From positions 1-45,135 of IMG/VR virus record IMGVR_UViG_3300034069_000901: DNA of 45,135 nt; one strand, given 5' to 3'. Of this stretch, positions 1 to 8,141 are shown piece by piece (the stretch's first letter is position 1; each line of letters begins with the position of its first letter). Both the position numbers and the translations under genes were made by a program. The notes below the pieces were generated by a model. It did not search any database. It worked only from the letters and a program-made list of their open reading frames with translations, and was not told the origin of the DNA. The stretch is from a virus.

Positions 1-141
1 CAACGTCCTCGCCGCGCAGTAACCGCATGCGGGCGGCTCCGGCCGCCCCAATCTGGAGTTCGCTTCATGGTCGATCGTCCCAAGCTTTACGCCCAATTCG
101 AGGGCGACGAAATCGACGGCAAGGTTTACAGCCTTGGCGAC
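1..141. repeat. Direct terminal repeat (left copy); identical to 44995-45135, giving a unit genome of 44994 bp
   Basis: Compared base by base: caacgtcctcgccgcgcagtaaccgc...tacagccttggcgac occurs at both ends. The repeat covers the 3' end of the capsid gene and the 5' end of ORF 67..693. It is therefore a wrap-around of a circular or circularly permuted assembly, not a functional boundary. Confidence 0.95.
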
Positions 142-693
142 GAGATTTCCCCCAGCGTCGATTTCGGCACCCGCACCTATCTGATCGGCTTGGGCCGCAT
201 CGGCGCCCATCCGCCGACCGTCGCCGCCGTGATCCCGTCGCCGGGCAAGGCCCTCGCCGACATGGGCCGCGACGAATTGGAAGCGACGGCCCGCTCCATG
301 GTCGACCTGTCCGGTTACGACGACGATCAGCTCCGCGACGAGATCGACCGCCGCCGCCGCGCCGAGGCCGAACACGCCGAGGAACAGGGCAAGGCCCCCC
401 TCACGCCCCCGGCGCCCACGCCCGACAACAGCGCGCCGGGCCAGCCCGCGCCGGGTTCGCTGTCCTCCGCGATCAGCGAAGGCGACGAGGAGACGAAGCC
501 GGAAGGCTATGACGTCCTCAAGGACAAGCCGCTCGGCTCCATGACGACGGCGCAGCTCAATACGGTGGCGGACGCGGAGGGCATCGCGTTCGACGAGAAC
601 GTCAAGACGAATGCGGATCGTGCCGCCGTGATCCAGGCCAAGCGCGACGAGGCGGTCGCGGCCGAGAAGGCGGCCGACGCGCCCACGGCTTGA
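67..693 (+). CDS. Hypothetical head-module protein with two HeH/Rho-N-like motifs and an acidic, Pro-rich linker
   Basis: ATG at 67 with GGAG 8 nt upstream; 208 aa. Motifs KALADMGRDELEATARSM and LGSMTTAQLNTVADAEGIAF resemble helix-extended-helix (Rho N-terminal-like) modules. It sits directly after the capsid gene. Confidence 0.7.
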   Translation: MVDRPKLYAQFEGDEIDGKVYSLGDEISPSVDFGTRTYLIGLGRIGAHPPTVAAVIPSPGKALADMGRDELEATARSMVDLSGYDDDQLRDEIDRRRRAEAEHAEEQGKAPLTPPAPTPDNSAPGQPAPGSLSSAISEGDEETKPEGYDVLKDKPLGSMTTAQLNTVADAEGIAFDENVKTNADRAAVIQAKRDEAVAAEKAADAPTA

Positions 694-716
694 TACCGGA
701 TTGCAAATGAACCCGA

Positions 717-750
717 GGGGCCGCTCCGCATTGTCGGCGCGGCCCCTTTT
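717..750 (+). terminator. Rho-independent terminator
   Basis: GGGGCCGC (717-724) pairs with GCGGCCCC (739-746), with 3 further inner pairs (726-728 with 735-737). A TTTTCGTT run follows. It lies 24 nt after the stop of 67..693. Confidence 0.65.
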
Positions 751-763
751 CGTTGAAGGAATA

Positions 764-1570
764 ATGATGCGTCGCCAATTCTTTGCCGGTTTTGCCGCTC
801 TCGCCCTGTCCGGTTCCGTCTTGGCGCAGGGCACTGTAGTCATATCTTCACCCAACACGGTCGGGCCGTCCGGATCACCGAAACAGGTAACGGACGTCTT
901 TACCCGCAATCCGGATGGAACGATTGCCGATTTCACGTCGGCGGGCGTGTCCGTGACGAATAAGAGCTATACCCTTGCCACGGGGACGACCTCGGGCGGC
1001 AACTTCAACCCCGTGGCGGGCAGCTACCGCCTTGCCATGCCGGCCAGTTTCGGGGGCAACACGCTCGTCATCACGTCGACCGCCAACAATGGCGTGACGT
1101 CGACCGCCACCTTTACCTCCGCTCCCGCGACCGCTCCCGAAATCGAGCTGTATGCCGGAACCACGATCAGAGCCGATTGGACCGGCACAGGAACGCCAAG
1201 CGGCTCCGTCACACTCAACGGCGGCCCGACCGCCCCGCCACCTATCGCGGTGCCGCCCTATCAATCCGTCGCTCCCACCCCAGTCTCAACCACCGTATCG
1301 ACGACGACACAGACGGACAGCGCGGCTTTCACGCCGCAGCTCGGCCGACCCATCAATCAAACCTTGAGCGGGACATGGACCGGCACCGTGGCTTTGTATC
1401 GGTCTATCGACGGCGGCACGACGAGGGTTCTCGTGACCTATATCGACGGATCGGCCAAACAATGGTCCGGCAACATGCAAGCTCCGGTCGCGACCGAAAG
1501 CGATCCATCCGCTCTATGGTATCAGCGTTTTAATCTGCAATCCGGTTCCGCTACGGGAGTTCTGCGATAA
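764..1570 (+). CDS. Exported protein with a twin-arginine (Tat-type) signal peptide, Thr/Ser/Gly-rich
   Basis: The track ORF is 701..1570. The preferred start is ATGATG at 764 after GAAGGA. The N-terminus MMRRQFFAGFAALALSGSVLAQG has an RRxFF motif, a hydrophobic core and an AxA-like cleavage site. Confidence 0.7.
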   Translation: MMRRQFFAGFAALALSGSVLAQGTVVISSPNTVGPSGSPKQVTDVFTRNPDGTIADFTSAGVSVTNKSYTLATGTTSGGNFNPVAGSYRLAMPASFGGNTLVITSTANNGVTSTATFTSAPATAPEIELYAGTTIRADWTGTGTPSGSVTLNGGPTAPPPIAVPPYQSVAPTPVSTTVSTTTQTDSAAFTPQLGRPINQTLSGTWTGTVALYRSIDGGTTRVLVTYIDGSAKQWSGNMQAPVATESDPSALWYQRFNLQSGSATGVLR

Positions 1571-3081
1571 TGAAAAAGCTTCTCGTGTTTGCGCTTGCGT
1601 TCGTTATCGCGCTTCCAGTAATGGCGCAGGATTACGACGCTCAAGCTTTCGCTTTAAATGCGCAACAGCGAATTCGCGCTCTGGCCCCCACCGTGGTCAC
1701 GCCTGGGCTTCAGGTGATCCCGCCCGGGCTTGGGTTTGTGCAGCCGGCCGGTTGCACTTTGTCCATCTACCGCGAGCGCGCGGGCGTCTACTCGACCCCG
1801 TTCGACCCCAAATGCGTGATCCCGGCAGCGGTGTTCGCGACGACCCCGATCTACGTCCGGGTGGGCGGATCGGACGGCACGACCTGCGGTGCCAGCGAGG
1901 CCGGTGCGTGCGCGTCCTGCTGGCAGGCCCTGAAGAACGGCAACGCGACCTCCGCTCCCTTCATGGTGGCGATCCGGGCCGGCCTCTACGACCGCACCCA
2001 CGACTGCACCGACAGCGCCGCGGCGTCGGGCGGTACGGCGGGGGCGATGGTGGCGACCCAGCCGGCCGCGATCGTCGGCTATGGCGGCCCGGTCGCCATG
2101 GGGCCGATCCGGCTCGTCACCTGGGCCAAAGACGCGACCTATACCAACAGCTACAGCGGCGCGGGCGCCAACACGAGCGGCGTGCGCGATCCGCTCACGC
2201 TCGATGCCTACGGCAACTTCACCGGCTGCGCGAACTACGCCAGCGCGAGCGCGCTCGATGGCGCGGCGCTCAAGGCAGGCACCTGCGGGTGGGCGCAGGG
2301 CGGCAGCACGCTTTATGCGCGTTTCGCGGATGGCCGGGCGCCCCTGGCCGATGCCAGCAACGTGCGGGTCTATACCCTGGGCACCCGGTGCCTCACCTTC
2401 GGCACGGTGTCGCTCTACGTCAGCGGCATCGATTGCGAGGGCGGTGTCGGCACCGCGGACGCGACCGCGGTCGCCACCCGCAACATCGCGATCGAGGACA
2501 GCAGCTTCCGCTACGCCGGATCGGAAATCGCGGGAGCCACCGCCCGCAACGTGATCTCGGCCAATCACACGACCGGTTACATCATTCTGGCCCGCGTCGT
2601 TGCCGCGGTCGCCAGCGCCGACCTGTTCAACTTCCACGATGATCCCGCGACGACTGGCGGCACGGACTATGTGGGGCAGAGCTACGTCGTCACCATCGAC
2701 TGCGTCGGCAACACCGCAGGCATGGTTGGGTCGCCTAGCGACAACGATCATACCGGCCACGACAACGTGATCGGGATCGACATCAACGGCAAGTACAGCC
2801 TAGCCGGAGGCGGGGCGGTGCGATGGATCGGCAAGAGCCGGCTCGCGCTGTTCGGCACCCAGGCCATCGCCGATCGCGGGGACCGGGACTTCCAGGACAG
2901 CGGCGAGATCAGCACCGGGTTCCAGACCGACGACACGGCCGAGATGTGGGCGCAGGAGACCTCCTCGATCCGCAACAGCCGGACCTATGTAGCCAACACC
3001 ACCGGAGCCAAAATCCACCTCCGCAACCCGATCGGCTCGGGCCGCCTGCCGAGCGGGTCCGGCACTGTCGATAGCTACTAG
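1570..3081 (+). CDS. Exported protein with a Sec-type signal peptide; possible right-handed beta-helix (pectate-lyase-like) fold
   Basis: TAATG stop/start overlap with the previous gene. The N-terminus is MKKLLVFALAFVIALPVMAQD. Segments such as NIAIEDSSFRYAG and HDNVIGIDING are reminiscent of beta-helix coils. The fold assignment is inference only. Confidence 0.7.
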   Translation: MKKLLVFALAFVIALPVMAQDYDAQAFALNAQQRIRALAPTVVTPGLQVIPPGLGFVQPAGCTLSIYRERAGVYSTPFDPKCVIPAAVFATTPIYVRVGGSDGTTCGASEAGACASCWQALKNGNATSAPFMVAIRAGLYDRTHDCTDSAAASGGTAGAMVATQPAAIVGYGGPVAMGPIRLVTWAKDATYTNSYSGAGANTSGVRDPLTLDAYGNFTGCANYASASALDGAALKAGTCGWAQGGSTLYARFADGRAPLADASNVRVYTLGTRCLTFGTVSLYVSGIDCEGGVGTADATAVATRNIAIEDSSFRYAGSEIAGATARNVISANHTTGYIILARVVAAVASADLFNFHDDPATTGGTDYVGQSYVVTIDCVGNTAGMVGSPSDNDHTGHDNVIGIDINGKYSLAGGGAVRWIGKSRLALFGTQAIADRGDRDFQDSGEISTGFQTDDTAEMWAQETSSIRNSRTYVANTTGAKIHLRNPIGSGRLPSGSGTVDSY

Positions 3082-3138
3082 CAGACCCAACCCCCGAAAG
3101 GACCCGACCGATGCCGAACCTGCTTTGCGGAGATTGAC

Positions 3139-3783
3139 ATGAATCGCTTTGTTCTTGCCGCTGCCAGCTCAGGCGCGATCATTGCAGTCGCTTTGGGAAG
3201 CGCGCACGGCCAAACCGTAATTCAAAGCGTTGCCGACGACGGTGCAGTTCGGGTACTGCAAACGAGGCTATCGGCCGTAGAGGCAAAAGCCGATGCCGCA
3301 GCGACATCATCGGACCTTGCCGCCTACATGCCGCGGACCGAGGCGAACACGACGGTCACCGGGTTGCAACAGCAAATCACGGCGGTCCAAGCGCAAATCC
3401 CGACCGGGATCGTCAAGGCGGTGGCGGGTCAGGGGCCGGACAGCTCGGGCAATGTGGCCGGCATCGCAACCACGCCGATGGTTCAAGCCGCGATGGTGGA
3501 TCAGCCACAAGTCGTGGCCCCGTCGACCGGCAACACGGTGGCGATGGCGAACGGCGCATCGCTCCTGATCGTCAACTCGGCCACCCTGCTCGCGACCCTC
3601 AATATCGTCCTGCCCCCGGCTCCGGTGGACGGGCAGCGCGCCGTCATCACCACGACGAACACAATCACGGCGGTCCAGATCACGGGCGGCACGGTGCGCG
3701 GCGGGATCACGACCTTGTCCGCGAGCGGGTTCGTCCGCTATGTCTATTCGGCCGCCGTGGGGGCATGGGTCCGCACGGGGTAA
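3139..3783 (+). CDS. Protein with a signal-peptide-like N-terminus and a short coiled-coil; function unknown
   Basis: ATG at 3139. The N-terminus is MNRFVLAAASSGAIIAVALGSAHGQ. A heptad-like stretch TGLQQQITAVQAQI is present. 214 aa. Confidence 0.65.
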   Translation: MNRFVLAAASSGAIIAVALGSAHGQTVIQSVADDGAVRVLQTRLSAVEAKADAAATSSDLAAYMPRTEANTTVTGLQQQITAVQAQIPTGIVKAVAGQGPDSSGNVAGIATTPMVQAAMVDQPQVVAPSTGNTVAMANGASLLIVNSATLLATLNIVLPPAPVDGQRAVITTTNTITAVQITGGTVRGGITTLSASGFVRYVYSAAVGAWVRTG

Positions 3784-3793
3784 GGAGGACACA

Positions 3794-3898
3794 GTGGCAA
3801 CCCAGCCGATCGAACCGACGCCGACCCCCACGCCCACCCCGACGCCGCATCCCGAGCCGGACAGCGGTGGCAACGACAAGCCGCCGGTCAAGCCGTGA
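3794..3898 (+). CDS. Possible 34-aa proline-rich micro-ORF with a (Thr-Pro) repeat
   Basis: Not in the ORF track. GTG at 3794 lies 5 nt after AAGGAGG (3782-3788). It encodes VATQPIEPTPTPTPTPTPHPEPDSGGNDKPPVKP. Its TGA overlaps the next ATG as TGATG. Confidence 0.3.
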   Translation: MATQPIEPTPTPTPTPTPHPEPDSGGNDKPPVKP

Positions 3899-4509
3899 TG
3901 CCCTGGCCGCCGCTCGCGATCCTGCCCTATGCTTTAGGGCTCGCCTTTGTCCTGTCCGTGATTGGCCGGGACGCGCGCACGATCCGGGTGGCGGCCATTC
4001 TCTTGCTTGATTGGGTCGTGTTGGCCGCCCTGGCCACGTTTCTCGACGTGCATATCAGCCCGGCCGTCAATCTCGCGGTCGACTTTGTCGCGGCCCTGAT
4101 ATGCGGGGCCGAGTTTCTGATTGCGGCGGCGTGGCCGCGCTCGTGCCGGGGCATCATGTGCGATATCACCGCGCTTCAAGCCGTGATCGTCGCCTCTTTT
4201 GCCCTAGAGCTTGATTTCCATGTGATCCGATTGATTTCCGGCAGTAGTTTCGAGGTTCGGAGCGCGTATTGGTATAGGCTGTACGCCGTCGCGTGGGTAC
4301 AAGCGTTGCTTGTCCTCGCATGGAGTTCGCGGGATGCAGCTTCGAACCTGTCGACCTTGGTGGATCGTGTCGTTTCTCGTGTCCACCTTCGCCCCCACCG
4401 GGCAATGGCTCTTAGCCGTCGTGGGCTTTGGAGTATCGGTTTGGCTGTGGACCGAAAGCTTTGTCGCAATCGTAAAGCTGTGCATTCGCGCACGTCGCGG
4501 CAAGGCTAA
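3898..4509 (+). CDS. Polytopic inner-membrane protein (about 5 TM segments)
   Basis: The track ORF is 3895..4509 (GTG); an ATG at 3898 is equally possible. Hydrophobic runs include LAILPYALGLAFVLSVIG, VAAILLLDWVVLAALATFL and AVNLAVDFVAALICGAEFLIAAAW. Confidence 0.65.
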   Translation: MPWPPLAILPYALGLAFVLSVIGRDARTIRVAAILLLDWVVLAALATFLDVHISPAVNLAVDFVAALICGAEFLIAAAWPRSCRGIMCDITALQAVIVASFALELDFHVIRLISGSSFEVRSAYWYRLYAVAWVQALLVLAWSSRDAASNLSTLVDRVVSRVHLRPHRAMALSRRGLWSIGLAVDRKLCRNRKAVHSRTSRQG

Positions 4510-4518
4510 GGATTAGGC

Positions 4519-5025
4519 ATGCCGTACCTCTCCGTTCCCGACTATCTCGGTCGCTTCGGCGAGCGCGAAACGATCCTCCTCACGAACGACACGGCGGCCG
4601 ATCCGGACGTCGAACCGACCTATGACAGCACCAAGGTAAGCGACGCGATCAGCGACGCGAGCGAGGTCGTCGACGGCTACCTCGGGGCGCGCTACGTTAC
4701 CCCGATCGGTTCACCCCCGCGGATCGTACAGGGATGGGTCGCCGCGCTGGCGCGTGAAGCCTTGTACGTCAACACGGGTCGCGTCTCGGATGCGGCGACG
4801 CAAGCCGCCTCCCGTGCCCGCCAGCAGCTCGTGGACGTCCAGGCCGGGCGTATGAGCCTCCCGATCGAAACCGGCGCCACAGCCCCCGCCACAGCCAATA
4901 ATATCGGCTATGCCACGTCGTCTATGGACCGGGACGCTCCGACTTTCGCCGGCACGGGCGTCTTGGACAGCTTTTCCGCGCCGTTCGGCTACAATCCAAA
5001 CCCGTGCTGGCGGCAAGGCACCTGA
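4519..5025 (+). CDS. Head-tail connector protein, DUF1320 / Mu gp36-like
   Basis: The N-terminal pattern MPYLSVPDYLGRFGERETILLTND...VVDGYLGARYVTPIGSPPRIV matches my recollection of the DUF1320 family consensus. Confidence 0.8.
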   Translation: MPYLSVPDYLGRFGERETILLTNDTAADPDVEPTYDSTKVSDAISDASEVVDGYLGARYVTPIGSPPRIVQGWVAALAREALYVNTGRVSDAATQAASRARQQLVDVQAGRMSLPIETGATAPATANNIGYATSSMDRDAPTFAGTGVLDSFSAPFGYNPNPCWRQGT

Positions 5026-5028
5026 CCC

Positions 5029-5601
5029 ATGGCGCGAGGGTTCTCGACGTCGCTTGAGGTCAAGGGGCTCGATGATGCGGTGCGCGTCCTCCGGCGCGTC
5101 GAGAACCTAGGCGAGGACCCGACCCCGCTCCTCTATATCGCGGCGAGCGTCCTAGAGGCATCCGTCCTCAAGCGGTTCGACACGGGGCGGGGGCCGGGGG
5201 GCGTTCCGTGGGCGCAAACCAAGCGGCAGGTTCGATCAGCGGTCGGCGCGCATGGTCCGAACAAGGCGAAAATCTTGGTCGACACGGGCGACCTTCGGGA
5301 CAGCATTCGAAGCGAGGTCCGGCCCGGCGAGGTTGAGGTCGGATCGGACGGGCTCAAGAACCCTGTCAAGGCCCTAGCCAACCAATTCGGCTCGCACCGG
5401 CAAACCGTCGTGGTAAAGCACCTTCGCACCATCAACTCCGCCTTCGGCATTCCCCTTCCGCAACCCAAGACGTTCACGGTCCGGCCGCACGGGATGCGGA
5501 CCAACCTGCCCGCGCGGCCCTTCATCGGGTTCGACGAACAGGATAAGCAGGATTTAGGCGAGGCGTTCGTCGATCACTTGAAGGGCCTCTTACATGGCTG
5601 A
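5029..5601 (+). CDS. Virion morphogenesis protein, Mu gpG-like
   Basis: Contains KRFDTGRGPGGVPW, KILVDTGDLRDSI, EVGSD and LPARPFIGFDEQD. These are characteristic of the phage virion-morphogenesis (Mu G) family. Confidence 0.8.
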   Translation: MARGFSTSLEVKGLDDAVRVLRRVENLGEDPTPLLYIAASVLEASVLKRFDTGRGPGGVPWAQTKRQVRSAVGAHGPNKAKILVDTGDLRDSIRSEVRPGEVEVGSDGLKNPVKALANQFGSHRQTVVVKHLRTINSAFGIPLPQPKTFTVRPHGMRTNLPARPFIGFDEQDKQDLGEAFVDHLKGLLHG

Positions 5602-6055
5602 TCCCGACCCCGTTCCCGACCCCCTTGGCTTCGCGATCGACCTAGGCTCGGTCCGGCAACGCCTCCTCGCCCTCAAGTATTTCCTTTCCGTCACGGATAT
5701 CCAAGCCGCCTCGGCCGCCATGACGGGCGAGATTGTCCGGACCCCGTGCGCTTTCGTATCGGTCGCGAGCGAAACGGCCGAGCCAAATCGTTTCATCCGG
5801 GGCGCGGGCGGGCATGCCCAGCGCGTCACGGTGCAACTCTCCGTCCTGTTCGCGGAACAGCTCGCGCGCAAAGACGCCAAGGGGGTCGACCAAGTCGAGC
5901 GGACCCGCAAAGCCGTGATCCGCCAGCTTGTGGCATGGACTCCGGACGGCGCGGAACAGCCGCTCGATTATGATAGGTACGTTCTCCGCGCCACGTCCGA
6001 CGTCGACGTGTTCGGCGAATGCCTGTTCCGCACGACCTATCGCCTCAACTTCTAG
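5594..6055 (+). CDS. Head-tail joining / tail-completion protein, assigned by position
   Basis: The ATG at 5594 overlaps the previous gene by 8 nt. 153 aa. It occupies the position of Mu gp37-type neck proteins between gpG and the tail tube. There is no diagnostic motif. Confidence 0.55.
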   Translation: MADPDPVPDPLGFAIDLGSVRQRLLALKYFLSVTDIQAASAAMTGEIVRTPCAFVSVASETAEPNRFIRGAGGHAQRVTVQLSVLFAEQLARKDAKGVDQVERTRKAVIRQLVAWTPDGAEQPLDYDRYVLRATSDVDVFGECLFRTTYRLNF

Positions 6056-6125
6056 GGCGCGTTCAGCCTTAACGGGCCAGGGGGCGAGCCGTATTGTCCG
6101 CGCCTCATTCCATGGAGCGCAAGGC

Positions 6126-6392
6126 ATGGCGGACGACGCGAAACAGCCCGAACCGTGGGAGGTCGAAACGGCCCCCGCCGAGGTCGACGCCGAAACGGGC
6201 GTTTACATGAGCGGCAACTATCCCCTCAACGACCGACTCCGGGCCGAGGCGTTGGTCGGGGCCAAGCGCACGACCGATCCGGACGGCCTGATTTCGGACG
6301 CCATGATCGCGGACGTGGCCGATCAGATGAAAGCGGCCGCCGACGCCCGCCCCGTCGACGGGAACACCGCCACGGCGCAGCCCGCCAGCTAA
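6126..6392 (+). CDS. Hypothetical acidic protein (88 aa)
   Basis: This is an internal ATG of track ORF 5928..6392, chosen because the upstream part overlaps 5594..6055. GGAGCGCAAGG lies upstream. The product begins MADDAKQPEPWEVE. Confidence 0.5.
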   Translation: MADDAKQPEPWEVETAPAEVDAETGVYMSGNYPLNDRLRAEALVGAKRTTDPDGLISDAMIADVADQMKAAADARPVDGNTATAQPAS

Positions 6393-6404
6393 GGAGTTGC
6401 CGAC

Positions 6405-7343
6405 ATGGCGAAGGATTGGACGAAAAAGGTAATTCTCCTCAAGGCGGAGACGACCGAAGGTATCGATGCGGGGCCGACCGTGGGCGCGGACGCGCTACAG
6501 GTCCTTAACTATCAGCCGACCTTCATGGACGCGGACAAGAAGGTCCGCGCGATCGAGAAAGCCTATTTCGGCGCCGATCCTGTCGCGCTTACGTCGTTCA
6601 AGCGCGGCTGCACGTTTGATATGGAAATGGGTGGTTCCGGCACCAAGGCCGGTGTCCCGCCGTGGATGCTGGCGACCCGGTTCTGTGGGTTCGGTGTACC
6701 CGTCACCAATTCCAGCACGGGCGTTTCACAATCTCCCACGTCGAGCGTGCCCAGCGCGACCCATTGGGCCTTTCTCGACAATCTTCTCCTGCAATCGCTC
6801 GGCATGCGCGGCTCCGTCGGCTTCAAGGTGGCCGACGATGATTATCCGACGTTGTCGTTCAACCTTCTCGGTGTTCCTCCGCAAACCCTGGCCCAGGAAA
6901 CGGCGCCGGGAACGCCCACGATTACGGGCTACAACGCGCCCGTGCTGTCGTCCTCGCAAAACTCGGCGTTCATGCTCGCCGGATATGCCGCGCCGCTTCG
7001 CTCGTGGGAAATGAACAGCAACAGTGACGTCGCGCTTCGATCCCTGATCGGCCCGGCGGATCGGATCAACTATGCGAACCGAGCGTGGCGCGGCAACATC
7101 ATCATCGAGCTTCCCGACCTCGCGTCGCAGAATTACTTTTCGGCGGTGCGGCCCGGCACGACCATGCCGGCGCAGTTCACCAACGGCACGATGACGGGTC
7201 AGGTCATCGGCATCGCGGCCCCGGCGCTGCAAGTCTCGGACAACGTCACCTTGTCCGAGGAGCAAGGAAAGGTCATGTGCAATCTGCCCGTGACGGCGCT
7301 TGCGGTTCAAGGTAACGACGAAATCGCATTCACGTCCGGATAA
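6405..7343 (+). CDS. Putative major tail (tube) protein
   Basis: AAGGAG lies 8 nt upstream. 312 aa. It sits immediately upstream of the chaperone pair and the tape measure. The call rests on gene order and size. Confidence 0.65.
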   Translation: MAKDWTKKVILLKAETTEGIDAGPTVGADALQVLNYQPTFMDADKKVRAIEKAYFGADPVALTSFKRGCTFDMEMGGSGTKAGVPPWMLATRFCGFGVPVTNSSTGVSQSPTSSVPSATHWAFLDNLLLQSLGMRGSVGFKVADDDYPTLSFNLLGVPPQTLAQETAPGTPTITGYNAPVLSSSQNSAFMLAGYAAPLRSWEMNSNSDVALRSLIGPADRINYANRAWRGNIIIELPDLASQNYFSAVRPGTTMPAQFTNGTMTGQVIGIAAPALQVSDNVTLSEEQGKVMCNLPVTALAVQGNDEIAFTSG

Positions 7344-7353
7344 AGGCAACTTC

Positions 7354-7806
7354 ATGGCATACGAGCTTCTCGACCGCCCCTTGTTATGGATACCCGTGGC
7401 ATGGGCGGGGCTCGTGGCCGGCGAGAACGACGGCATCGCCCAGCCGGTGGAACACGAAATCGAGGTCCTCGTCGAATTGGTCGACAAGGAGCAGGTTCGG
7501 TCCGTGTTTGGCTTGGCCGAGGATGGGCGGACCGTCGCGGAGGAGCGTGACGAGTTCGTTGTCGTCAAAACGCTTTGTTCCGGATGGCGCCGGATTACCT
7601 ACCGCGGTTCAACGCTTCCGTTTACGGACGATAACCTCCGAAGGGTCGTGTATCTGCCCAATTTTATGGGCGCCTTCACGCTCGCATATATGTCCGCGGT
7701 GGGCGGCCGGGTGGCGACCCGCTTGGGAAACTCCGAAGGCTCGCAGTCCGGTGGGCGAGCGGACGAAGCGACCGCCGGGACCGAGAAGGCCGCGACGAAG
7801 CCGTAA
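7354..7806 (+). CDS. Tail assembly chaperone, lambda gpG analogue (zero-frame product)
   Basis: ATG at 7354 (in frame with track ORF 7300..7806). 150 aa, acidic. It lies directly upstream of the tape measure and contains the slippery heptamer. Confidence 0.75.
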   Translation: MAYELLDRPLLWIPVAWAGLVAGENDGIAQPVEHEIEVLVELVDKEQVRSVFGLAEDGRTVAEERDEFVVVKTLCSGWRRITYRGSTLPFTDDNLRRVVYLPNFMGAFTLAYMSAVGGRVATRLGNSEGSQSGGRADEATAGTEKAATKP

Positions 7807-8129
7807 AGACGGAGTTCGAACGGGATTGCGAGCGGTTTGGGATCGACCCGGCCGCTTTCGCCACCCCTGGCCACGAGGAACGCGCCGACGACGTTCCGGT
7901 GTGGCCGGATATGGTCGCGAGCTTCGCCTTGTTCTGTGATGCGCCCTGGCAATGGATACCGCTTGGAATGGCGGGCACCATGCGCGCCGGCATCCTCCGA
8001 TCCGAGCTTGAGGCGAGCGCGCGGTCGCTTGATCTAGCCACGGATCGCGGCACCGTGCCGCCTCACATTTTCCAGGATATCCGTGTAATGGAGGTCGCGG
8101 CGCTCGGCTATTGGGCGCGCAAACGATAG
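7354..8129 (+). CDS. Tail assembly chaperone -1 frameshift fusion (lambda gpGT analogue): 7354..7731 joined to 7731..8129, about 258 aa
   Basis: The -1 frame encodes ...AVKTEFERDCERFGIDPAAFATPGHEERADDVPVWPDMVASFALFCDAPWQW..., which is DUF1799-like tail chaperone sequence. This sequence starts well upstream of any start codon; the first is a GTG at 7899. Confidence 0.6.
7725..7731 (+). promoter_or_regulatory. Programmed -1 ribosomal frameshift slippery heptamer G GGA AAC
   Basis: The zero-frame codons are TTG GGA AAC (R-L-G-N-S confirmed against the track translation), which gives an X XXY YYZ heptamer. The -1 frame is open from 7725 to the stop at 8127-8129. Confidence 0.7.
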
Positions 8130-8141
8130 GCTTTTTCGCCC

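Noticed and set aside
27-512. 161-aa plus-strand ORF overlapping 67..693 in another frame, and the many other Arg-rich alternative-frame ORFs listed in the track.
   Set aside because: The composition (RRRxxPxR runs) is typical of off-frame translation of GC-rich coding DNA. In each case the overlapping frame has an SD-linked start and a plausible protein sequence.
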